Shown piece by piece: positions 11,501-23,499 of a stretch of 64,000 nucleotides of DNA. The DNA is from Phallusia mammillata (lineage: Eukaryota). The stretch covers positions 9,858,001 through 9,922,000 of the forward strand of contig OZ281499.1 of NCBI GenBank assembly GCA_965637545.1, given 5' to 3'. Under the pieces are notes generated by a model. That model was not told the DNA's origin. It saw only the letters and a list, made by a program, of their open reading frames with translations, and did no database searches. Both the position numbers and the translations under genes were made by a program. Numbering within the stretch: the stretch's first letter is position 1; every line of letters starts with the position of its first letter.

Positions 11501-13705
11501 CGTCGGTCAAACACGCGGCTTTGAAGAAATGATACAGCGTTGTGCAGATTAGCACATTCAGATTAAAACATGATTGTCAGAAAAGCTCGCGTTATGTTGA
11601 CAATAAACGTCTCGAAATTCCGTCTAATGTGCCTCGGCAAGGTCTTTTAACTAGTTTGTGTAATTACAAAACAAATTTCAATGACGAAACAACGTCTCGT
11701 TAAAAAATACTTTATTTTTTTGCGTATAAATAAATACGTAAACGCAATTTTTTGTTTTTTTTTTAATTTCAGGACGCCCGCAGACTCTGTATCTGGTGCT
11801 TCTGTAAGTTTTGTTGCCATATTTTTACAATCGAGTTTTCACATGTAACATTTTCAGCAACCATTACGGGATAAGGAGAAACAGGGATCTTCCGATACAA
11901 AAGGTTGGTATGCTAGTCAAATAGGGATAAATTAACAATTAAAATAAAATATTAACATTACAAAACATCCACCGACATCATGTGATTCAAGATGTGAGGT
12001 TTTTACAATTTTAAAAGCAACTTGCCAAATTACTTTTTTTCAGCAACGAGCCAAACATATACATTTTTAATCTTTTCTTAGCTAATTCGAAATTACAAAA
12101 TTGTTTTTGTCGAAACTGCAAATTAATAAGCCTGTTTAGCGTATGACTGACTGTCTGTAAGTTATATGCAGATAGCTATGTCTACAAAACAACAGCAATT
12201 ATTCTGATCTCAAAGAGGTGTTTGAAATGTAAATAGGTCATTTTCCAACTGGCTTTAATTTTTTTTTCCTTTACATAGATCCTTACATACATTCCAACAC
12301 AACTGCAAAGGCAAATCAGTCCAAACCACAACGAATTCCCTGTGGAAGTCATCTCACTTCTTACTTGACCAACAGAAGGCGACGTCTTAGTTTGTTAACA
12401 ACGCGAGGTGATTGTCAGGTTTCCTATTTCTAGACAATAACATGGCTTTGTAATGTGTTGCCACATCCCTAAAATAAAAATACTACTTCTTTGCGCCCTC
12501 TGGTGCCTATAAGCAATTGTATAATTAGTCTCGAAAAAATGTCATGAAATAATGCCAATATACATCATAGGGTGTTATATCTGATTGTATTAATGATTGT
12601 AGAAGCTGAGCAATTAGCAAATTTAACATTTGTAGTATATTTTTACAGTAGAACACAGCAAAGGCCGAAAAGCAAGTTTTCAAAAACGACTGTCGACGTT
12701 TTTAAAGAACAGAAGTAAGCAAAAATATCGAACAAGAATGGCCGAAAACAGCAACGTACTAAAAACGCAAAAAAGGGACATTATTTTCATGCTTTACAAT
12801 ACAAATAGAAATGTAACTTTTGCAAGAAATGCTTACTTAAGGTTTAAACAACTTTTACAATACATTGACAAATTGTGTTAATTACACAGCAGAGGCGACC
12901 TTTCATCAACACCTTTACCTGAAAGTCGTTGCTTATCTGAAACCAAGATTCAAATTATGTTTGCTGTCATGCAGATTTGAACTTGTACGCAACCCTAACC
13001 ACGGACAAAGCGATAAAACTCCGCAAAGAGGCAAAGACGTGCTTTAAGCAAGGGAAACAAGAAGCTAAGACACATGCTGCACAACTAGCGAAACTAACAT
13101 CCTCAGATGACCAAGATTCAACTTGCAATAATTTACTTCAACTTGCCGCTGAAGAACGAAGCAAAGGCAAATTAATTGACTCAGCAGTGCTTCTAATGAT
13201 GACAGCAGAGTGCCATGAAAACATACCGAACCCTAACTCCAAAATCAAAGGTTTAGCTGAATGTGCCCACGAGTTTTGTGTTCTTGGTGAGGAACTTGTA
13301 AATAATGGAAAGACGAATCTCGTTGTAAATCAAATTTTGCCTTACGTGACCGGGATTAAGCTAAAAGCGTCGCGAATCCATTGCAACAAAGCTTACAAGA
13401 TCGTGCTTGTGTTTGAGTGCGAATACAACCTTGGTTTACTCGAACATCTGGTTGGCCACAACTTTGCCGCAGAAGCCACCCTCAGCAGGGCCTCCTACTG
13501 GCCAGCTAAAGTGGTAAGGGGAATCAGCATCTATGTACAGTGCCTTATTGAACTTGGAGATGTTTATATCGACCAAAGTCTGACTACTTGCAATGCTGCT
13601 GTTGTAGAAAATGTAATCTCTTCTCAAGCAAGCCAAAATGCACAAGGGTTACTCAGGCCTAAAGAATATGTGGAGAAGGCGATTGATTGTTTTGAACGAG
13701 CATAA
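8536..13705 (+). CDS. Kinase-deleted paralog of gene B (gene A): linker plus TPR-like helical domain, about 557 aa
   Basis: Exons 8536-8544, 8744-8834, 9122-9196, 9263-9337, 9714-9803, 9973-10035, 10396-10500, 11073-11183, 11402-11453, 11773-11803, 11858-11903, 12279-12407, 12649-12714, 12975-13705 total 1674 nt in one open frame. Apart from the chimeric 8744-8834 exon, each is homologous to an exon of gene B. Only the last ~60 nt of the kinase exon remain (8777-8834). It ends at a TAA where B has CAA. Confidence 0.7.
10213..10370. mobile_element. Truncated hAT MITE (one end only)
   Basis: CAGTGGTCGGCAACCGCAGGTCCGC terminus; no matching second TIR seen. The right boundary is approximate. Confidence 0.5.
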
Positions 13706-14299
13706 GGCGCAATTCCGCACAGTCAGGACTTGTCCATCACCGAACGTGATCAATTTTGATTAATATGCAACAAAAAATTGCAACTCGCACTTGCTTCGAA
13801 AAAAGCTTTGGAGGAAATGGACCGTGAAGAACAAGCAACTTAGGCATATTACGAAGAGGTTGAAACCGTGTAATATACACTTTGTTTTTATCGTGTTGGT
13901 ATATACGTCCAACTGTTGCTGTGTGCAGACATACATTATTTGCCATTTATTGCGTGTCGACATAGGATGCCTACTGTTCTCGGAAAGGTCCCTTAAAAAC
14001 AATATATGTCAATTAATGCATGTAAGATACAAAAAGTGATATTACGATGTTATTATTGTACGTTATTACTGTACAATTTTTCTCTTTGTTGCCTTCCGAT
14101 AGAATTTAAAACGTCGTAGTATTTTAGCATGATATAACGAGGATTTTTCTGTGTCATGCTTTCAATCCCACATTTATTTCACTTTTTGGCAATCGTAGGG
14201 TTTTGCATTTGTTTTTCGCCACAGTGACATGATACCTAGACAGAAACGTGACATGAAGTAGCTTGCTCTTATGATAAATCCTATATAAACGTGTGGAAT

Positions 14300-14490
14300 C
14301 CCTTCTCGAGCAGGCCAAAATGCACAAGGCTTACTCAAGGCGAAAGAATGTGTGGAGAAGGCGATTGATTGTTCAACAAACACAAGGTGCAAATCTGCAC
14401 ACTTAGGAACTGTCTATTACCGAACATCCTATTTTTATCAAACATGTATGGAAAACGTACAGTTCGCACTTACTTCGAAACGAATGGTGT
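14300..14490 (+). pseudogene. Degenerate third copy of the 3' part of the TPR-like last exon
   Basis: CCTTCTCGAGCAGGCCAAAATGCACAAGGCTTACTCAAGGCGAAAGAATGTGTGGAGAAGGCGATTGATTG matches 13621-13690 and 22896-22965, with indels further on. Confidence 0.7.
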
Positions 14491-15385
14491 AACATTTGTT
14501 TTTGTCACATTGGCATAACCGACCAATTGCGGCTATGTGCAAGTATTGATTTTTTTATTGGCAGTTTGTCAATTGTGAGTCAGATCCAAAAATTGATTCT
14601 TGCTATTTGATTTCGCTTTTCATTCACTTTAATCAAAAACGTATAATACCCCGTCAACATTTTTCGCTTTTTATTCACTTTTACAGGGTTCAAGCACGAC
14701 CATCTTCGAGGTAGCAGGTCGCAAATTTTCCCTTTTGTCATAAGCAAACACTAAAACAACAGGTAAAGGACAAATGTAAATAACAGCTGTAAGTTTATGT
14801 AATAGAGAGAAAATGCTACGCTTGGAAAGCAGGTGGCGCCATTGAGTCAAGTATAACAGTCGGATTTTCCACTGTTTTGTAAGTTAAAACTGTATAGAGT
14901 GTTTTATTTTTAGTTTTGTCAGCAAATCGTAGAACTTGTATTTGAAAGAACGAAACCAAATATGTTAATATTTATTGTTTTTTAAAGATGTGAATGTCAT
15001 AATGGTTTTGTTGTTGACATTCCATTGAAATATCAGCAACGCTCGTGTTACAAAAAATAAAATTCGTACAGAAATCAAAATAAGCATACGTGTGTATGAA
15101 TAGACCGCGCGATTAAGAAAATAATAAAGTTAAAAATATATCAGCTATAATGAACAAGTAACTTAGCCTGGGTTATCCCCACGCGTTCACAAAACACAAT
15201 GCTGTGGAGGATGGTTTCTTTTGCAAACAAGGTTGGGTTTTATGGCTGTGTGCATGCGACTAACAATCCGAAGTTTGGATAGCCCATTATATTCGCCCAC
15301 GGCAGCATATAACCGCGGTTGACTGGTAGTTACGACAAAGAGATTTGATAACTTGGAGCGATGCTCTATGGAAGGCCTGCAAAAC

Positions 15386-18300
15386 ATGGCTGAAGTAAGT
15401 TTGTTTGGCAAATAGTTGTAACGAAAATAGTTGGCTATGAAAACATGGATTTAATAACACACATGTCACTTTCATTGGATTAAACCTGTATACTTATGCA
15501 GTGATGTCTAAAGTGTTGTTCGTGCCGAGACGGTGACAATGTTCATTTTGGCCCGGATTAAGCCAATTACAAGCTATATTTTTTTCAGCCTAAATACTTC
15601 AGGGCATCGAGTATTAGATGTGTGCCATCCAGTGCAGGGGGTCAACTGGGGTCGGGATCATCAGGTATTGTTAGATTGTGTCATCACACATATCATAACT
15701 ACATTGCCGTCAAATGTATTTCGATATACGGAGATGAGCAGCAAAGAGCAAGACAGGAGAAAGAGTAAGTTTTATCATTATTTTATAATAGACATGTGTT
15801 TTGAACTAATACAAACAACTGCGATATGATGATAGCCTACCGGTTCAGTAATAAATATACATAAGGACGTAATACCGGAATTTTCATTACTAAAACACCG
15901 TAATACAGCTCTAGCTTTCAAAACAATATTTTTTTTAACATTTAAATAACATACATATTTTACTCAAGTTTATCAACGTTGTTGTTTTTTAGGTTTGAAA
16001 AAAAACGATTGATAATTCTGTGTTAAAAATGCATATGTTTAGAATCCTTAACGAGGTTCAAATGCTTCAACAAGCCAATCATGAAAGAATCGTGCGCTTA
16101 CATGGGGTATCGAAATGGCCTTCTGGGATGGGGATCCTCATGGAGTATATGCCGCGTAGCAGCTTGAAAGATTTGCTGCTAAACCCAGCAATTCCTATTG
16201 ATGACGTACTGTTGCTTCGTATGGCATACGACGTAGCTGATGGACTTTCGTATCTCCATAACTTTACCGACTACAAACGTCTAACCCACTGCGATCTGAA
16301 ACCTGATAACATTCTTATGACCGATGACCTTAGGTGCAAAATTAGTGACTTTGGCAGTGCGAAAATAATTGATCAAACTTGGGTAGAGGGGCAACCAGAA
16401 AGAGTGAATGAAATTGCAAAAACTACATTCTTTTACACCGCCCCTGAAAGATTGAATGACTCGAAGATCGCCTTTAGAAAGGAAGAGGATGCCTATAGCT
16501 TTGGTATGACCTTGTATGTTATGTTGGCGCGAGAAGTACCGTATAAATGGCTTGGTGGTCTTTCGCGGGCAATCATAAATGGCCAACGGCCAAATGTCCC
16601 TCAGTCAACTTCAACTGCACTTGACGAACTGAAGACCATAATGCAAACGTGCTGGAGCGGAAAACCATCGTTACGGCCATCATTGCAAGAAGTAAAAATG
16701 CATCTTTCGAGGCTGGGTGGCAATAGGAATGACCCTGAAGTTTTAAGGGCAGTTGTGAAAGTCACTGAGAATCTTCCATTGCAAGCTATACCACCTTCTC
16801 CTGGTTTAGAATGGCCAACAATCGATCAGTGTCGTATTAATGAAGCTATACGTTCTACTGGTAAGAGTCTTAGTGTGTTACAAACTTAGTTTATGTACTT
16901 GACAGCAAGGTACTCATGCCAAACGGTTGGTGCACACTAAAACTGTTTAAAATCAAGTACAGATCAGACTTTTGTAAAGGTATTGGTCTCAGCTTTTTTT
17001 AAATCAGTGCAAAGTACGTAATTTGTCATCGTGCTGCTAGTTGATGCTGTTGTTTTTAACGTAAAGATTGTTTTCGGGAGTAAAATCACAACCAAACTTG
17101 AAAGATGGCACAAATGAAAGCTTACAGTTTAGGTGCGAGATTTCGGTGCACCTTCAAATAGTTGCCAGGTACGACATGTGATGGTTAGATTACATCATTG
17201 CGTTTGGGCTGTGAAAACATTTAAACGGAGCGGACAGCGGTTGTGGTAATTAAAGACATGTGACTTTTTGACAAGAATTCCTAAAAAATTAAATTGTAGA
17301 AGACGGATACAGTTAGAATAGGCATTTTCTCACTAAACCCGATCTTTATGAGTATTTCAATCGTTTTATGGGTGTCTTTCAACCAAGACATGAAAGCCAC
17401 ACGTTGTTTACACAACAAAGCTAATTTGAATGCCTTTGTCAGCCGCTAAATGGTAAAAGTTTTTGCGCTACTTTGAAAGTTCAACAGAAGAATCTTGCGC
17501 AATGTCAATACCATGTCGTGTTGCAACAGCTGAACAATGTCAAATGCGTAACAATTCTTAGAACTCTCGTTTACGAGGATAAAGTGAAAGTAAATAAAAG
17601 TTTAAACTTCTTTGTCCCTAACCACGTTAAAAAGTCGTCACTTTTAGTGAATGTTTTTTAATCTAATTATTTCTAACGCAGAAACCAATCTATACATTGC
17701 ACACATTTTTGAAATTATAAAAGCTGACATGTTTAGATTTGTTTATTTTCATGATAATATACTTGGCATTGTTTAATACGTTACTTTTAAAATAAAAACC
17801 ATTACTTGTCCCCAAAGAGAGAGATTTTGGGATAATTAAGTGCTTTCTCTAAGCATTTTATCACGATTTTTTGACAGGTATTTTTTTGCGTGTGATTTAA
17901 CCTATGAAAGTCAAACATTTTTTACACACGCTTGGAGGGCATCTATAAGGCTAACTTGATTGCTTTTGTCAATTGCAAAAGTTTTTGTCCTGCTTCGGAA
18001 GTTCAACAGAAGCATCTTGCGCAATGTCAATACCATGTCGTGTTGCAACAGCGGAACAGTGTTAAGTGCGTCATAATTCCTAGAACTCTCGTTTACGAGG
18101 ACAAAGTGAAAGTAAATAAAAGTTGGAACTCCTTTGTCCCTTACGATTTAAAAAAACGTTATTTTACGTGGATGTTTTTTAAACCAATTTTTTTTGACGC
18201 ACAAAACCCTAACCAGCCTATACATGGCACACCTTTGTAAAATTAAGCTAAAACGATTAGATTCGTTTTTATTTATTTATAATATTATACTTGACATTGT

Positions 18301-21300
18301 TTATTACGTTATAACGTAAAAATAAGAAAATACACTTGCAAAATTGTTGCCTGCATGGCATTGTTTATCGGCGCCGATGTAATACTTTGGGGCCAATTCT
18401 AAGAAACAATACTCATGTGCCCATTTGAGATCATTGTTGTAGTTGAGTCGACACTAATAAAACTAATTTATTTTTATTTCACACTCCCAGGACAAGTAAC
18501 TAATGAAGATACTGACAGCGACTCAGATCACTCCTTTGTATCGGCGTGTTCTCATTTTTCTTCGGGTCAGTACTTTTGTCACTAGTTAGTAAAGTTTTTA
18601 TCATCATGAGTTAACACTTGCTTGCTGTAACTGAGATGACGTTGTAGGTCCATTTGTTGATTCAGAAGAGTTAAACGACTTAGGAGAAACAACCGAGGCT
18701 CTTTCAGTTGGTATGTGTAGCAAGTCTAAGTCTCCGTTTCATAAGATTGTATTTTACAAAACCATCCAACATGATGTTGGTATATGTGTTCTACCTAACG
18801 TTTTTTGAGGATTACAATTAATCATGCTTTTTAGAAGGCACCGAAGTATGTCGAGATCGTCAACCATCATATGAAGGCACCGATAACAACAGTGTTTTTC
18901 TAGATGGTACTAACGTTTATTATGGCAAAGAAGCTTGGTTAACTGACATTGAGTTAAGTTTATTTCACTTGGTGGAAGAACGCACAACGACACAATTGGA
19001 CTCAAAATTCAATTGTTTTAACTGGACACAAAATTATTTTTATAAAGGACGGCATCACTGAAGCTGTTTGTAATGTTTTAAAATCTGTTTTCCGTTCTCA
19101 GAGAATGAAACACCAATTGAACATCAGGAAACAACGTATGAAAGCATTTGGTGCGAAACAATTGGTGCAAACACCAGAAAACGTAATTTACATTTTGATT
19201 TTCAAGTTTTTACATTTGTAACCGTGTGTTGCCACATACACTATAAACTATTATTTGGCTATTCCGTCGGCTAGACCAGACTAGAAGCTGTAAATTTATA
19301 CCCTGACTTAAGATTTGTACTAAAGGTAAGCAACGTATATGTTTTCTTATAAAATTGTACTGTTATTTGTTTTGGTAGTACCACCTTCCGATCTACACGG
19401 AGTGATGGGATCTCAAGCAAATGATGAAACAAATGAAAACATACAACTTGATCGAGAAGGTTAATTTGGTTTTCAAAAAACGTACATCTCTAATTTATTA
19501 TTTTTATATTTTTTAAACACATCTTTCACTAATAATTTGCAAGTTTTAGTTTGCCAAGAATAATTGGTGATATTTTGATAAGGTTTGTTTAATTCATTAT
19601 ATTTTTCTATTATTGTTTTTTACAGTAGTAACACGACAAGGTAGCGTAGTTCATTTAAAAAAGCAAGGCATCTTTTTTAGACGATGAGTTGGAAGATTGC
19701 CGTGAATTCGATTCCGATGAGGAAGCAAATTTTGAGCAAATGGCTCCATCAAGTGACAACTTACGCCAAGATGAAGTCCAAGAAGGTAAGGACAGCTATA
19801 ACATCAAACCCTTTGTCCGCGCTCCTGTTAAAGTCATCAAATGAATTGTTCCTATTGTCTGACGCAGGGGTTGAATACATAAGCCGTGTTTGCCTTTCAA
19901 TAAAGTTATTGTGTCGCCTAAGCATTTCATCGTCGGCCACACAATTAAACGTGCGTCGCTTCCAACTCCAACAAGTTTTTTTTGTCGTACGGCCAACAAA
20001 AATCGTAATTGCATCCCAACAGGACAGCTATCCGTGCAATTGTGTGGAACATAGCTTAGACAGGTGTAGGACGCCTGAAACAAACCAATTAAATTATCAG
20101 CGAGTCCTAACTCATTGCTCTCTACAGAACAAGAAATCCGCCACACAGATGATCACAACTACGACGTTGTAAATGACCACTTGGGCCATTACGGACTTGC
20201 TCCTGGCAACGTTAGGGATAAAGCCACGAAGTTTAAAGGTGAGTGTTTTGGTAACCTAAAGATACCGAAACTGTCATAGGCTATATTACAATTCAGGCAT
20301 AAAAACAATCCACAATTTTAATACAACTCTTTTATTTCATCAGGCAAACGAAAAGCACCATAAAAATGTTCAACGAGCAAATTATGTGATAGAAGGCTTC
20401 ATACTACTAAAGCTATTTTCTAAAAGTAATTGCTGATTTATTATGTTATTTGTCGCAGGTCGACCTGAAGTTCCTCCTCAAACAAATCGTCCAAAGCTAC
20501 CAAAACCAACGTAAGTGATTTTACTTACAGTATGTTTGCCCCCACGCGTCTGCCAACTGCATTTATCAGATAACAGGAAAAAACAAAATCGGAGTTTGTT
20601 CTTTGTTTCTGTCAAAGATCAACATTGAAAATTTCAGAGAGCGTTGTAAAAATTGTCACATTGAGATTAAAACAATATGTCACAAGACTAGGTCTACATT
20701 CTGGTAGCAATTAATGTGTCGTAATTCCGACCTTTGCAAAACAAATGTTAATTACGAAACAATGTCTGATCTTAACGAGAAACATTCCTACATTTTAATT
20801 TTTGCACGTCGAGCTATACCCCAAACCTAGCTCCTTATAGGTCCTACAGTCAGAAATTAGGCGCTCAAACAAAAAACGTGGAGAACAATTGCAATGACAC
20901 AGAAATTAAAACTGATTCGTCTATGGTTCCAATATTCTTTATTTAAGGACTGTTCTCTTATTTTGGATTGGATTGGATAAATAAATACGTAAACGCAATT
21001 TTATTTTGTTATTATTTCAGGACGCCTACACACTCTATATGTGGAGCTTCCGTAAGTTTTGTTGGTATACTTTTACTGTCAAGTTTTCACTTGTAATGTT
21101 TTGAGCAACTGTTGCAGGATAAGGAGAAACCGGGACCTTCCAACACAAAAGGTTAGTATGTATGTGCATACATATTAAACACTTTACAATATCAAACGTG
21201 AGCTCTGTTTCAAATTTTTTTGTGTTTAAATGGGTATAATATCACTTACAGCACATAAGTATCACTTAAACCATCCACCGGCATTGTATGATTCGGGGCG

Positions 21301-23148
21301 CGTTATATTCACAATTTTGAAAGAAAAAAATCTAACTCAAAGATATTTAAATTATTCTTTTTTAATTAGCAGTGGTAAAATTATTACGCCAGTTCGTCTG
21401 ATCGCAGCAATGACTCACTGTAAGTTATATGCATATATTATATTGCTATGTCCACAAAACAAAAACAAAAAATTCTTGTCTGAAATAAGGACTTAAAATG
21501 TAATTAGGTCATTTTTTCTAACTGGCTTCACATACAATTTTTTTCATAGATTCCGACCCCACGACTAAAGAAAATCCTTCCAAACCACAACGAATTCCCA
21601 GCGAAAGTCATCTGACTTCCTACTTGACGAACAGAAGACGACGCCTTAGTTCCTTAACCACGCACGGTGATTGCCAGGTTTTATTTCTTGGCAATAAAAA
21701 TGCAATGACATAACTTTGTAATGTGTTACAGCAAGAGTAGACTGATATATGTAAGCACTTGATGCCCTCTGGTACCGAACAAATTACAGTTGTAGTCTTA
21801 CAAAATTTTAGCCTTGACAAACCGTAATATATGGTACATCAGTCGGTTTAATAATAATTGTTACAGATTAGCAATTACCAAATTTAACATTTGTAGTTTA
21901 TTTTGCAGTGGGACAAAGCAAAGGCGGAAAAGCAAGTTTTAAAAAACGACTGTCAACGTTTTTGAAAAGCAGGGGTAAGTACAAAAGACTAAAACAATGG
22001 TTCAGCCAAAAACAACAACGAAAAAAATTGGGGCACATTGATATTTATTTTCATGCTTTAAAGTACAAACAGAAAAGTAACTTTCACATGAAAAACGTAC
22101 TTAACGTTTAAACAGATTTTACTTGACAAAATGGGTTAAACAGCGGAGGTGAATTTCCATCGACACCTAAAAGCCATTGTTTACCTTCAACCCATATTAA
22201 AACTTATGTTTGGGGCCGTGGCAAAGTAATTCAATCAGTAAATTTGCAGATTCGAATTTGTACGCAACCCTTATCACGGACAATGCGCTAAAACTCCGAA
22301 AACAAGCCAAGTCGTGCTTCAAGGAAGGAAAACAAGAAGCAAAGACATACGCTGCACAATTAGCCAAACTAACACCCACAGATTACCAAGATTCAACTTG
22401 CAATAATTTACTTCAACTTGCCGCTGAAGAACGAAGCAAGGGCAAATTAATTGACTCAGCAGTGCTTCTAATGATGACAGCAGAATCCTATGACCGCATG
22501 GTGAAACCTAACTCTAAAATCAAAGGTTTAGCTGAATGTGCCCACGAGTTTTATGTTCTTGGTAAGGAACTTGTAAGTGATGGAAAGAGGAATCTCGTTG
22601 TGAATGTAATTTTGCCTTACGTGACCGGGATTAAACTAAAGGCATCGCGCATCCACTGCAACAAAGCTTACAAAATCGTGCTTGTGTTTGAGTGCGAATA
22701 TAACCTTGGTTTAATCGAGCATTTAGTTGGTCACAACTTTGCTGCAGAAGCCACCCTTAGCAAAGCGACGTACTGGCCGGCTCAAGTGGTAAAAGGAACC
22801 AGTATCTATGTACAGTGCCTTATTGAACTTGGGGATGTTTATATCGACCAAAGTCTGACTACTTGCAATGCTGCTGTTGCAGAAAATGTAATCCCTTCTC
22901 AAGCAAGCCAAAATGCACAAGGGTTGCTCAGGCCGAAAGAATACGTGGAGAAGGCGATTGATTGTTTTGAACGAGCACAAGGCGCAATTCAGCACAGTCA
23001 GGACTTGTCTATCACCGAACGTCCGCAATTTTACCGAATATGCAGAGAAAAATTGCAACGTACACTGGCTTCGAAAATATCTCTGGAGGAAATGGACTGT
23101 GAAGAACCAGCAACTTACGCATGTTACGATTACGAAGCCGTTCAATGA
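15386..23148 (+). CDS. RIPK-like non-RD protein kinase with disordered Tyr/Pro-rich linker and C-terminal TPR-like helical domain (gene B), about 936 aa
   Basis: 17 exons: 15386-15394, 15589-15764, 16043-16860, 18491-18565, 18636-18710, 18835-18906, 19102-19164, 19379-19459, 19626-19640, 19681-19785, 20128-20238, 20459-20510, 21021-21051, 21106-21151, 21550-21666, 21909-21974, 22250-23148, totalling 2811 nt in an open frame. Intact motifs: GSGSSG, IAVK, alphaC Glu, HCDLKPDN, DFG, YTAPE, DAYSFG, CW..KPSLRP. Confidence 0.9.
17418..18330. repeat. Intronic tandem duplication (about 380-bp units, about 520-bp period)
   Basis: About 17418-17800 aligns with about 17947-18330; both share GTTCAACAGAAG(A/C)ATCTTGCGCAATGTCAATACCATGTCGTGTTGCAACAGC. 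Confidence 0.8.
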
Positions 23149-23499
23149 AGTCAATTGGTGTAACGCGCACGTTTGTCTGCATTAGTATTTACGTCTGGCT
23201 GTGTCTGTGTACAGATGATTGCTTTGGTAATTTTGGTTTGTCATTTAATGTGTGTAACATAAAAAAGTGATCATATTTTGTTATTACGGTTTATCATTTT
23301 TTTGTTATGGATTCAATTTTTTAGGAGTGATCCAAAATTTTCGTCAAAGTAGGAAATCGTAATTTAATTTTCGTGGTGTTTTATGCCTTTGGTCAAAGGA
23401 TCGCGACAAAGATTTTTATTTAGTTTTAGTCACAGTAACATGATACCGGGATAGTAGCTTGGCATAGATTGGTTTGCTTCTTTCGTACGGCAAAAAGAC

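Noticed and set aside
15287-15475. Minus-strand peptide IKSLCRNYQSTAVIC resembling Arf switch II/beta4
   Set aside because: It lacks the DxGGQ motif, overlaps the 5' UTR of gene B and is not preserved in frame in the A copy; probably chance.
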